This document shows, piece by piece, positions 21,053 to 32,786 of a stretch of 43,322 bases of DNA. Position 1 is the first letter of the stretch. Each line of letters begins with the position of its first letter. The stretch spans positions 1 to 43,322 of the forward strand of contig CDRNVI010000215.1 of NCBI GenBank assembly GCA_977017575.1. The letters are read 5' to 3'. The notes under the pieces are model-generated. The model worked only from the letters and a program-made list of their open reading frames with translations. It was not told the origin of the DNA and made no database searches. A program made the translations under genes and the position numbers. This stretch comes from Paramoeba atlantica. Taxonomy: Eukaryota > Protista > Discosea.

Positions 21053-23413
21053 TCAAAATGATTTCCAAAATTCAATTGACTTTTTCCCAGAATCTGAAAC
21101 AATAATTGTTCCAAATGAATCAACAACAATCCCAATAGGATATATCATGTGAGGTTGACCAAATGAAAAAAGAAATGTTCCATCTTTCTCAAACACACTC
21201 ACTCTTCCATTTCCAAAATCACAAACAACAATTCTACCTTCCCCATCAACATCAATACCTTCTGGCTCAAGTAATTGAGAATCACCTGAACCTCTTGTTC
21301 CAAAACATCGAATAAAATTCCCTTCAATATCCATCACTTGAATTCGATGATTCCAAGTCTCAGAAATAACAATATTCCCATCTCTATCAACTACAACACC
21401 AGAAGGTCCCTCAAATGAAATTGACCTTCAAAAGAACCCTTTGAACCAAAAGAATGAAGAAAATATCCATCATTATCAAACACTTGAATTCGATTATTCA
21501 TAGTATCAGCAACAATAATTCTACCTTCTTCATCCACATCCACACTTTTTGGTTCATAAAACCGACCATCTTCAGAGCCAAATGATCCAAAAGATTTGAT
21601 CAATTCTCCTTCTTTGTTTAATATTACAACTCTATCACAATCTTGAGACCAATCCAATCCAATTGAAACATCAATAGGTTCCAACTGAAGTGAATCAATT
21701 GTTTTCTGAATTGTTGATTCAATCATCTCATTTCCTTCAAAATCTCTCACTCTCAATCCATCATTTTCACAAATAAAAATATTCCCATCACTGTTTACGC
21801 TCACTCCAAAAGGTTCATTCTTCAAAGGAAAAGAAGAAACAAAACGAAAATAATCACCACTACCACCATCACAACAAATCACTCCTTTCTTTGGTTTGAG
21901 TCATCCAACAACACCTCCTTCAGAAACAATATCATTTGCAGTTTGAAGAAGAGTTGAAAAAAGTTGATCATCAAAAAAGAGAGAAATATCACAATCAGTT
22001 GTTGTTGTTGTTGTTGTTGGTGTTGGTGTGTTGGATAAACGAATAATTGAATCTTTTCTTATTCTCAAATCTTCTTTCTCCAATTCTATTTCTTTTTTTT
22101 CAATTCTTTTCTTTTCTAATTTCTCTTCTAATTCTTTCATTTCTTTTTCAATCCTTTTTCTTTTCTTTTCAATCTCAATCAATCTTTTCTCCAATTTATC
22201 TCCAATCTTAACAATTTCATTCCTCTTCTCTAAAATACTTTCTTCAATCGATTTCACTTTCTCTTTGTGTTCGACATGAGTTTCAAGAGCACAACAAATA
22301 CAAACAAAAGAAGAACATTGAAAACAATATCCACTGATTGTTTCAGATGGGTGTTTTGAACATTCTCTCTTCTTCAAATTCTCCAATCCCACCGCTCCCA
22401 CTCCCACCATCACTCCTCCCTCTTCCTCCAATCTTCTTCTTCCACCTGCACCATCTCTGGTGTTTCGTTGTTCAGATCGTTTGTGATTTCGAGTGAAAAC
22501 AGTTGAAGTGTGAGATGGATCACAAGAATCACAAATAAACATCTCACATTTGGAACAATACATTCGAGTTCGTTCTCCACATGTTTCAAAATTCACACAT
22601 TCTGATTCACCATCTCCTGTTGTTTTGTTTTTCAAAAAACATGTTTTTTCAACTTTGAAATAACTTTCTCTAAAAAAAAAGAAAGAAAGAAAAAAAACTT
22701 GATTGATTGGAAAAAGAAATCAAATTTGAAGAAAGAAGAACATCAATCGTGTCTGGAATCAAATAATTCATCGAAAGTGTTTCAACACTTTCACATTCAT
22801 TCATTTCTCTACAAACAGGACATTTCACTCCTTTCAAAGAGGAAGAAGAAGAAGAGGAGGAGGAGGAAGAAGTGGAAGAAGAGGGAGAAGGGGATGAAGA
22901 GGGAGAAGAGGAAGAAGAGGAAGAAGAGGAAGAGGGAGAAGAAGGATTTTGAAGAAAGAGTTTGTTGAGACAAAGAGAACAAAAAGAAAGAGCACAACAA
23001 GGTAACAACCTTGGTTCTTTTTCCCAATTCATCAATTCCAAACATATTCCACATTCAAATCTTTTCTTTTTCTCTTCTTCTTCTTCTTTTCTTCTTCTTT
23101 TCATCATCTCTTCTCTTTCTCTTTCTCTTTCTTCTTCTCTTTCTCTTTCTTCCTCTCCTTCTCCTGCACTTTGTCCCACTTGTTGTTCTCTCTTTCCAAG
23201 AACATCCTCCCTTCTTCTTTCTCTTTGTTCTTTTTCATCATCTTCAATCACAACATCAACATCATCTTCTTTCTCAATTACATCAACATCATCACAATCT
23301 GTTGCTTGATCTTCTTTCTCTTTCTTTCCTCTTTTGGTTTTTCTCTTTTTCTCAGTTTCTAATTTTGTTCCTTGTTCTCCTCCTCTCTTTCTCTTTCCTC
23401 TTTTTTCACTCAT
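21053..23413 (-). pseudogene. G7: disrupted TRIM-NHL paralog (could still encode a 476-aa RING-Bbox-CC protein)
   Basis: Exon 1 23413-22699, exon 2 from 22616. In-frame TGA at 21903-21901 where G6 has TTA; 21-nt deletion in blade 2 (SIGL|DWSQ); 5-nt insertion near 21418 (caattt-cattt-gag) shifts blade 4. Confidence 0.88.
22617..22698 (-). other. G7 intron (82 nt, phase 1)
   Basis: TCAA|gt...aaaacaacag|GA; splicing restores the frame. Confidence 0.85.
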
Positions 23414-24300
23414 TTTGTCTCTCTCTGTGGCAAAAGAGATTTAATCAACAAACAAAAACAAAGGAAAGAAAAGAAAAAACAAACATTCTCTTCACCAAAT
23501 TTCAAGAAAACAAAAAGATCAAAGAGAAAGAACAAAAACAAAACACCTTCCCAAAAGAATGAACTCAAAAAGAGATAGAGTTGCGAGAGTGTGAGAGAGG
23601 ATGATCAAAATATGATTGTCCAAGAGAGAGTGGGGGAAAGATATCTCTTTGAAAGAAAGAAAAGGATTGTGAGGGAGGGAAAAAAAACAATAAAAAAATC
23701 ATCACATACAAAATGAAAAAAGTGAAAATGAAAAAATGAAAAAGAAAAAAGAAAAATGAAATGAAAATGAAGAAAATGAAAATGAAACCAAAAGTATCTC
23801 CACTGAAAGAGACTCTGCTGAGACCCAAAACAAAATGAAGTGAGTGTGAACAATCAAGAAAATAGAGATATCTCCACAAAGCCACAAGAAAGAGAGAGAG
23901 AGAGAGAAAGAGGTTTCTGACAATATTGTTTTTTTCAATAAATTGAGATAAAAAAAAGAAAAAAGAACAAAGCTCTCAAGATGAGGAGAAGAAGAAGAAA
24001 GACAAAACAACAACAACAACAACAACCAAGGGAGAGAGCAAGAAACGAGAGACCAAAAACCCAAAGGTGGACAAACAACAACCCTTAAAAGTACACAAAA
24101 TGAAAGATAAAACAACAACCCAAAAACGAAACAGAGAGAGAGAGGGAAGAGAAAGAGAGAAGAGAGAGAGAGAGAGAAGAGAGAGAAGAGAGAAGAAGAG
24201 AGAGAAGAGAGAGAAGTGAGAAAAGAGAGAGAAAAAAGAGGAGGGGAAAAACGAAAAAACGAAAAAGTTTTTGGTGTGTTTTTGGTGATATTTTTTTTCA

Positions 24301-24325
24301 GAGGTTTAAAAAGTTTTGAATCCTC
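24301..24325 (+). promoter_or_regulatory. Conserved 25-nt hairpin-like element, copy P4
   Basis: Identical to P2. Confidence 0.45.
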
Positions 24326-24839
24326 TTTTCGTACCCTTCCTTTTTTTCTCTCTTTTTTTTCTGTTTTTTCTCTTTCTTTGTCTCTCTTGTTCATTCTTGT
24401 TCTTTCTTTCTTTCTCTTTTTTCCTTTTGTCTCTCTTGCTGAGATTTTGTTTTGCGCCCCTCTCTCTCTCTCTTGTTTTGAGTGTCCATTTGACTTTTTG
24501 TCAGTTTTTCTCTTCTCTTCTCTGAACATTTTTCGTTTTTGTGTTTTCCTTTCTTCTTTCTCTTTCTCTCTTTGTCTTTTTTCTCTTGTTGACAAAAGGG
24601 TTTTTCTCTCTTTCTTGGTGATAGATCCTCTCTCTTTTTTTTTGGAGATTTTGAGAAAAAGGTTTTGATTTTTTTTTCTCTTCTTTTTTCTTGTTTTTGT
24701 GTGTGTATGTGTGTATCAGTTTGTTCTCTTTTTGTGTGTGTGTGGTATTAATTACGATTATTTATTGTTCACAAGAGATCTTCAGTTACTTACTGTGTTT
24801 TTTGTTCTCTTTTCAAAAGTCGTTTCTTTTTTGTTACAA

Positions 24840-27077
24840 ATGAGTGAAGGAAAAAACGGAGAGAAAAAGAGAGGAGGAATCAAGATTGATGAGAAAGATA
24901 AACAAAAAACAAAAAAGAAAAAGAAAGAAGAACAATCTGATGATGAGGATGAAAGAAAAGGGAGAGAGGGAGAAAGAGAAGAAGAACAAGAAGAAGAGAT
25001 GATAAAAAGAAGAAGAAAGGAAGAAGAAGAGAAAAAGAAAAGATTTGAGTGTGGGATATGTTTGGAATTGATGAGTTGGGAAAAAGAACCAAGGTTGATA
25101 CCTTGTTGTGCTCTTTCTTTTTGTTCTCTTTGTCTCAACAAACTCTTTCTTCTTCAAAATCCTTCTTCTCCCTCTTCTTCCTCTTCTCCTTCATCCTCTT
25201 CCTCCTCTTCTCAATCTCCCTCTTCTTCTTCTTTGAAAGGAGTGAAATGTCCTGTTTGTAGAGAAATGAACGAATGTGAAAGCATTGAAACACTTTCGAT
25301 GAATTATTTGATTCCAGAAACGATTGATGTTCTTCTTTCTTCAAATTTGATTTCTTTATCCCACCAATCAACTTCAGGTTTCTTCTTTTTCTTCTTCTTT
25401 TCTTTCTTTTTTCTTCTTTTGAGTCATTTGACCCACCCACCCTGCCACTTTCACTGATTTATTTTCTTCTTTTTTTAAACAACAAAAAAAAACAATTCAG
25501 GAGAAGTTCAAAGAAGATGTGTGAATTTTGAAACGTGTGGAGAACAAACTCGAATGTATTGTTCTGATTGTAAAGTCTTTATTTGTGATTCTTGCGATGA
25601 TTCTTCTCACTCTTCTTCGATTTTCACTCGAAATCACAAACGATTTGAAAGAGATGGCGATGAGGGAGGAGATGGAAGAAGAAGATTGGAGGAAGAGGGG
25701 GGAGTGATGATGGTGGGAGTGGGAGTGGGAGTGGGATTGGAGAATTTGAAGAAGAGAGAATGTTCAAAACACCCATCTGAAACAATTTGTGGATATTGTT
25801 TTCAATGTTCTTCTTTTGATTGTCCTCGTTGTGCTCTTGAAACTCATGTTCAACACAATGAGAAAGTGAAATCGATTGAAGAAAGTATTTTAGTGAAGAG
25901 AAATGAAGTTGTAAAGGTTGGAGATAAATTGGAGAAAAGATTGATTGAGATTGAAAAGAAAAGAAAAAGGATTGAAGAAGAAATGAAAGAATTAGAAGAG
26001 AAATTGGAAAAGAAAAGAATTGAAAAGAGAGAAACAGAATTGGAGAAAGAAGATTTGAGAATAAGAAAAGATTCAATTATTCGTTTATCCAACACACCAA
26101 CAACAACAACAACAACAACAACAACTGATTGTGATGTTTCTCTCTTTTTTGATGATCAACTTTTTTCAATTCTTCTTCAAACTGCAAACGATATTGTTTC
26201 TAAAGCTGGGGTTGGTGAAGCACTCAAACCAAAGAAAGGAGTGATTTGTTGTGGTGTTAATTCATGTCGTGATGTTTCTTCTTTTCCTTTGAAGTATTAT
26301 CCTTATGGAGTGAGTGTAAACAGTGATGGGAATATTTTTATTTGTGATGATGGGGGTGGATTGCAAGTGAGAGATAAAGAGGGAAATGAGAATGAGATGA
26401 TTGAATCAACAATTCAGGAAACAATTGCTTTACTCAGGTCGGGCCCTTATGAGGTTTCAATTGGATTGAATGATCAAATTGTTTTTCTTGATTGGTCTCA
26501 AGATTGTCGGAGAGTTGTAATCTTAAACAAAGAAGGAGAGTTGATCAAATCTTTTGGATCAAATGGTTCTGAAGATGGTCAGTTTAATGCCCCAAATGGT
26601 GTGGATGTGGATGAAGAAGGTAGAGTTATTGTTGCTGACTCTGGAAATCACCGAATTCAAGTGTTTGAGAGTGATGGATCTTTTCTTCGTTCTTTTGGTT
26701 CAGAAGGTTCTTCTGAAGGTCAATTTAAGACACCTTATGGTGTTGTAGTGGATAGAGATGGGAATATTGTTATTTCTGATTCTGGGAATGATCGGATTCA
26801 AGTGATGGATATTGAAGGGAATTTTATTCGATGTTTTGGAACAAGAGGTTCAGGTGATTCTCAATTCGATTATCCAACAAGTATTGATGTTGATGGGGAA
26901 GGTAGAATTGTTGTTTGTGATGGAGGAAATAGAAGAGTGAGTGTGTTTGAGAAAGATGGAACATTTCTTTTTTCATTTGGTAAACATCACATGAAATATC
27001 CTTTTGGGGTTGTTGTTGATTCATTTGGAACAATTATTGTTTCGGATCAGGACAGAAAGTCAATTGGATTGTGGTAA
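24840..27077 (+). CDS. G8: TRIM-NHL-like protein, 704 aa spliced
   Basis: Exons 24840-25377 and 25501-27077 join in frame; NHL blades 1-2 are notably divergent (KYYPYGV, LLRSGPYEV). Confidence 0.92.
25378..25500 (+). other. G8 intron (123 nt, phase 1)
   Basis: TCAG|gt...cactgat...aaacaattcag|GA; splicing restores the frame. Confidence 0.88.
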
Positions 27078-28135
27078 TCATTTTGAAAAGAGAGATGGAG
27101 GTTTTTTTCTTTTTTCATTTTGATTTGTTTTATTTTATTATTTTGTATCATTTTTTGTTTATTTTTTATTTTTGTTTCCTTTTTTGTTCAAGAAAATAAT
27201 TAAAAAAAGAAATTAATATTTTTTTTCTCTTCTCTTTTTCCCTCCCTTCCCTTCCTCCCTTTTCTCCTTTTTAGTCTCTGCTGTGGTGCGATGATCTTCT
27301 TCTTTTTCCCCAAATCTTCATTCACCTTGATTCGATTTTTTATCCTTCTTCTTTTTTTCATTTTTGTGTTTTGTGTTTTGTGAAAATTCTCTCTCCTTTC
27401 TCTTCCTCTTTTCTTTTTTTGTTGAGATTTTATTCCTTTTTTTGATCCTTTGTGAATGCTGTGCTATTATTCTCAATTTTTGTTTATTAAAATTTTGTTT
27501 GTAAAATTTTGTTCCTCTCATCCAATCAACCAAAGTATCTGAATTTCCCCAATAACAAAAAAAGAAAAAAAAGTTGTTTTTGAGTTTGGATATTATTCAT
27601 TCAATCAAATCAAAAAGATGAACCAACAACAAGAAGCAACAAAAATCTCAACAAAAAGCAGAGTTCGATGAAAACAAAATTTGAAGAAAACAAAAAACAA
27701 AAAAAGAAAAATATTAAAAAACAAGAGAAGAGGAAGAGGAAGAGAGAGAATTTTCACAAACACAGACAACAACAAAACAACACAAAAATGAGAGGAGAAA
27801 CAAAATCAAGAAAAGTGTTTTTGAAGAAGAAGGATAAAAAATCGAATCAAAAATTGAAGAAAGAATGATGATGATTTCGGGGGGAAGAAGAAGACCACCG
27901 CGCCACAACAGAGACTAAAAAGGAGAAAAGGGAGGAGAGGAGGGGAGGGGAGGAAGAGGAGGGGAGGAGGGAAGGGGGGGAAAGAGAAGAGAAAAAAAGA
28001 GATTAATTTCTTCTTTTTAATTTTCTTCAAACAAAAAAGGAAACAAAAATAAAAAATAAACAAAAAACGATACAAAATAAAATAAATGAAAATCAAAAAA
28101 GAAAAAAGAAAAAAGAAAAAACCTCCATCTCTCTT

Positions 28136-30162
28136 TCAAAACGATTTCCAAAATTCAATTGACTTTTTCTTATAATCTGAAACAATAATTGTTCCAAATG
28201 AATCAACAACAACTCCACTCGGATACTTCATGTGATCTTCACCAAACGAAAAAAGAAATGTTCCATCTTTCTCAAACACACTCACTCTTTCATTTCTTCT
28301 ATCACATACAACAATTCTACCTTCCCCATCCACATCAACACTTGTTGGACAATTGAATCGAGAATCACCTGAACCATATGATCCAAAACATCGAATAAAA
28401 TTCCCTTCAATATCAAACACTTGAATCCGATCATTCCCAGAATCAGAAACAACAATATTCCCATCTCTATCAACTACAACACCATAAGGATAATTAAATT
28501 GTCCTTCAGAAGAACCCTTCGAACCAAAAGAACGAATAAAAGATCCATCTTTATCAAACACTTGGATTCGATGATTGTCGATATCAGCAACAACAATTTT
28601 ACCTTCTTCATCTACATCCACACCAGATGGATCATTAAACTGACCATCTTCAGAACCTCCTGATCCAAAAGATTTGATCAATGCTCCTTCTTTGTTTAAT
28701 ATTACAACTCGACAATGATCAAGAAGAACAATTTGATCATTCAATCCAATTGAAACATCAGAAGGTTCCAACTCAAGTGAATCAATTGTTTTCTGAATTG
28801 TTGATTCAATCATCTCATTTCCTTCTTTATCTCTCACTTCCAATCCACCAGCATATTCACAGGTAAAAATATTCCAATCACTGTTCACACTCACTCCACA
28901 AGGTTGACTCTTCAAAGGAAAAGAAGAAACACAACGAAAAGAATCACCACCACCATCACAACAAATCACTCCTTTCTTTGGTTTGAGTAACCCAACAACG
29001 CCTACAATATTAGTTGCAGTTTGAAGAAGAGTTGAAAAAAGTTGATCGTCAAAAAAGAGAGAAACATCACAATCAGTTGTTTTTGTTGTTGTTGGTGTTG
29101 GTGTGTTGGATAAACGAATAATTGAATCTTTTCTTATTCTCAAATCTTCTTTCTCCAATTCTATTTCTTTCTTTTCAATTCTTTTCTTTTCTAATTTCTC
29201 TTCTAATTCTTTAATTTCTTTTTCAATTCTTTTTCTTTCTTCTTCTTTCTCAATCAATCTTTTCTCCAATTTATCTCCAAACTTCACAATTTCATTTCTC
29301 TTCTCTAAAATACTTTCTTCAATCGATTTCACTTTCTCTTTGTGTTCGACATGAGTTTCAAGAGCACAACGAGGACAATCAAAAGAAGAACATTGAAAAC
29401 AATATCCACTGATTGTTTCAGATGGGTGTTTTGAACATTCTCTCTTCTTCAAATCCTCCAATCCCATCATTACCCCTTCCTCCAATCTTTCAGAACGTTT
29501 GTGATTTCGAGAGAAAATAGAAGAAGAGTGAGACGGCTCACAAGAATCGCAAATAAAGATTTTACAATCAGGACAATACATTCGAGTTTGTTCTCCACAC
29601 GTTTCAAAATTCACACAATCTTCTCCTGATTTGTTTTTTTTTTGTTGTTTCAAAAAAAGAAGAAAATAAGTCAGTGAAAGGTGACGAGGTGAGTTGGTCA
29701 AAGTACTCAAAAAAGAAAAAATGAAAGAAAAAAGAAAAATCATAAAAAATAAAGAAAACCTGAAGTTGATTGTCGGGGGAAAGAAATCAAATTTGAAGAA
29801 AGAAGAACATCAATTGTTTCTGGAATCAAATAATTCACCGAAAATGTTTCGACGCTTTCACATTCGTTCATTTCTCTACAAACTGGACATTTCACTCCTT
29901 TTAAAGAGGATGATGAAGAAGGAGAAGAGGGAGAAGAGGAAGAGGGAGAAGAAGAAGATGAAGAAGAAGGATTTTGAAGAAGAAAGAGTTTTTTGAGACA
30001 AAGAGTACAAAAAGAAAGACCACAACAAGGTAACAACCTTGGTTCTTTTTCCCAATTCATCAGTTCCAAACATATTCCACATTCAAATCTTTTCTTTTTC
30101 TCTTCTTCTTCCTTTCTTTTCATCATCTCTTCTTCTCTTTCTTCTGCTTTTCCTTCGCTCAT
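28136..30162 (-). CDS. G9: TRIM-NHL-like protein, 630 aa spliced, shortened N-terminus
   Basis: ATG at 30162 (MSEGKAEEREEEMMKR); exons 30162-29760 and 29625-28136 join in frame. Confidence 0.9.
29626..29759 (-). other. G9 intron (134 nt, phase 1)
   Basis: TCAG|gt...cactgac...aaacaaatcag|GA; splicing restores the frame. Confidence 0.85.
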
Positions 30163-30858
30163 TTTCACGTCGACCAACAAACAAAAAAAAAGTTTTTCAG
30201 GAACAACAAGAACAAGCAAACAAAAGTTCAGCAAGAGGGGAACTTTTGCACAGCAGAGAAAATGTGATAGCAGTGAAACACACACAAGATGGGAACGAGA
30301 CACCGGCAAAAAGGAATCAAAGATGCGTTTTACTCGAAGGAAAGGACAAAAAAAGCTAAGGTGGTCGGTGTGACGCCTTTCCAAGAAATCGGGACGTTCA
30401 GGTGGATGTCCCACCCTCCTTAACGAAATGATCCAGAGGGAAAGGTGCTAAATCTAGAGCGTCAGAGAGAGAGTTCCAAAAAACACAACCCAACCACGGA
30501 GAAGAGGGACAAACGGAAATGAGAGAGAAAGAGAGGGAGGTAAGAGGGAGAAAACGCAAGAAACCCTGCACCCAGAAGGAGGAAAAGAGAGGAAGAGGGA
30601 GAGAGGAGAGAAGAGAGAAGAAGAAGAGAGAAGATCAGAGAAGATCACAGAAGTTTTTTTTGTTGAGCATCTGAAAGCCTCTCTTTTCTGCATGTGAGGA
30701 GTTGAGAGAACATTTCGAGAGTGAATTTCGGTTTTGTTGCCCTTTAAAAATGGAACATTTTCTTCCTGAATCTCGTTTTTCTTTTTTGTTTTTTGTTTTC
30801 CTCGAGAAAAGAAGGAAAACAAAAAAACAAAAAACAAAAAAAAAAGAAGGTTTTTTCA

Positions 30859-30883
30859 GATGGTTAAAAAGTTTTGAATCGTC
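30859..30883 (+). promoter_or_regulatory. Conserved 25-nt hairpin-like element, copy P5 (variant)
   Basis: GATGGTTAAAAAGTTTTGAATCGTC. Confidence 0.4.
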
Positions 30884-30972
30884 TTTTCGGACCCTTTCTT
30901 TTTTCTTTTTTTTTTTTCTGTTTCCTTCTTCCCTCTCTCTCTCTTTTTTCGTTTGTCCCTCTTCTTGACAAA

Positions 30973-32786
30973 ATGAGTGAAAATAGAGGAAAGAGAAAGA
31001 GAGGAGGAGAAACAGAATTGGAAACTGAGAAAAAGAGAAAAACCAAAAGAGGAAAGAAAGAGAAAGAAGATCAAACAACAGATTGTGAGGATGATGTTGT
31101 AATTGAAGATGATGGTGATGATGAAAGAGAAAGAAAAAGTGAGGATGTTCTTGGAAAGAGAGAACACCAAAATGGAGAGGAAGAAAAAGAAGGAGAAAGA
31201 GAAGAGATGATGAAAAGAAGAAAGAAGAAAGAAGAAGAGAAAAAGAAGAGGTTTGAATGTGGAATATGTTTGGAGTTGATGAATTGGGAAAAAGAACCAA
31301 GGTTGTTACCTTGTTGTGCTCTTTCTTTTTGCTCTCTCTGTCTCAACAATCTCTTTCTTCTTCAAAATCCTTCTTCCTCTTCCTCTTCTTCTTCCTCGCC
31401 CCCTCCCTCTCCCTCTTCCTCTTCTTCTTCCCCTCCTTCCTCTTTGAAAGGAGTGAAATGTCCAGTGTGTCGCGAAGTGAACGAGTGTGAAACGATTGAA
31501 GCACTGGAAAAGAATTATTTAATTCCAGAAACGATTGATGTTCTTCTTTCTTCAAATTTGATCTCTTTCTTCAATCAATCAAGTTTTTTTTCTTTTTTCT
31601 TTTCTTTTCTTTATCTTTGGAACTGACTCCCTTTTTTGAACAAAAAAAATAGAAGAGGAAGTTGTCCCAAGATGTGTGAATTTCGAAACGTGTGGAGAAC
31701 GAACTCGAATGTATTGCTCTGATTGTAAAATGTTTGTCTGTGATTCTTGTGATTCCTCTCACTCTTCAACTATTTTCACTCGAAATCACAAACGATCTGA
31801 AAGAGATGGTGGTGTTGAGGGAGGAGGTGGAAGAAGAAGATTGGAGGGGGAAGTGGGATTGGAGAATTTGAAGAAGAGAGAATGTTCAAAACACCCATCT
31901 GAAACAATTTGTGGATATTGTTTTCAATGTTTTTCTTTTGTTTGTGTTTGTTGTATTCTCGGTCCACATGATGATCACAATAAGAAAGTGAAATCAATTG
32001 AAGAAAGTATTTTGGAGAAGAGAAATGAAGTTGTTAAGATTGGAGATAAATTGGAGAAAAGATTGAAGATTGTTGAAAAGAAAAGAAAAAGGATTGAAGA
32101 AGAAATGAAAGAATTAGAAGAGAAATTAGAAAAGAAAAGAATTGAAAAGAAAGAAATAGAATTGGAGAAAGAAGATTTGAGAATAAGAAAAGATTCAATT
32201 ATTCGTTTATCCAACACACCAACAACAACAACAAGAACTGATTGTGATGTTTCTCTCTTTTTTGATGATCAACTTTTTTCAACTCTTCTTCAAACTGCAA
32301 ATGATATTGTTTCTGAAGGAGGTGTTGTTGGATTACTGAAACCAAAGAAAGGAGTGATTTGTTGTGATGGTGGTGGTGATTCTTTTCGTTTAGTTTCTTC
32401 TTTCCCTTTGAAGAATCAACCTTGTGGAGTGAGTGTGAACAGTGATGGGAATATTTTTATTTGTGAATGGGTGGATGGTGGATTGAAAGTGAGAGATTTT
32501 GAAGGAAATGAGATGATTGAATCAACAATTCAGAAAACAATTGATTCACTTCATTTGAAACCTGTTGATGTTTCAATTGGATTGAATGATCAAATTGTTG
32601 TTCTTGATTGGTCTCAAGATTGTGATAGAGTTGTAATATTAAACAAAGAAGGAGAATTGATCAAATCTTTTGGATCAAGTGGTTCTGAAGATGAAATACC
32701 CTGTTGGGGTTGTTGTTGATTCATTTGGAACAATTATTGTTTCAGATTCTGACAAAAACTCAATTGAATTTTGGAAATCATTTTGA
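30973..32786 (+). pseudogene. G10: TRIM-NHL paralog with internal NHL deletion and frameshift (predicted 558-aa product ending at 32719)
   Basis: Exons 30973-31582 and 31653-. At 32691-32693 blade 3 (ggttctgaagATG) joins blade 6 (ATGaaatac). The native C-terminus ...IEFWKSF* persists out of frame to 32786. Confidence 0.88.
31583..31652 (+). other. G10 intron (about 70 nt, phase 1; NAGNAG acceptor ambiguity)
   Basis: TCAA|gt...ctgac...caaaaaaaatag|AA; an alternative AG at 31654-31655 is also in frame. Confidence 0.75.

Noticed and set aside
21901-21903. TGA readthrough or an alternative genetic code in G7
   Set aside because: TGA terminates intact paralogs, Trp is encoded by TGG, and a downstream frameshift would break a readthrough product anyway.
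30425-30434. GGATCATTTC on the minus strand, matching the U3 snoRNA box A core
   Set aside because: No recognisable box C', B, C or D at the expected distances; not enough to call an ncRNA without an Infernal hit.
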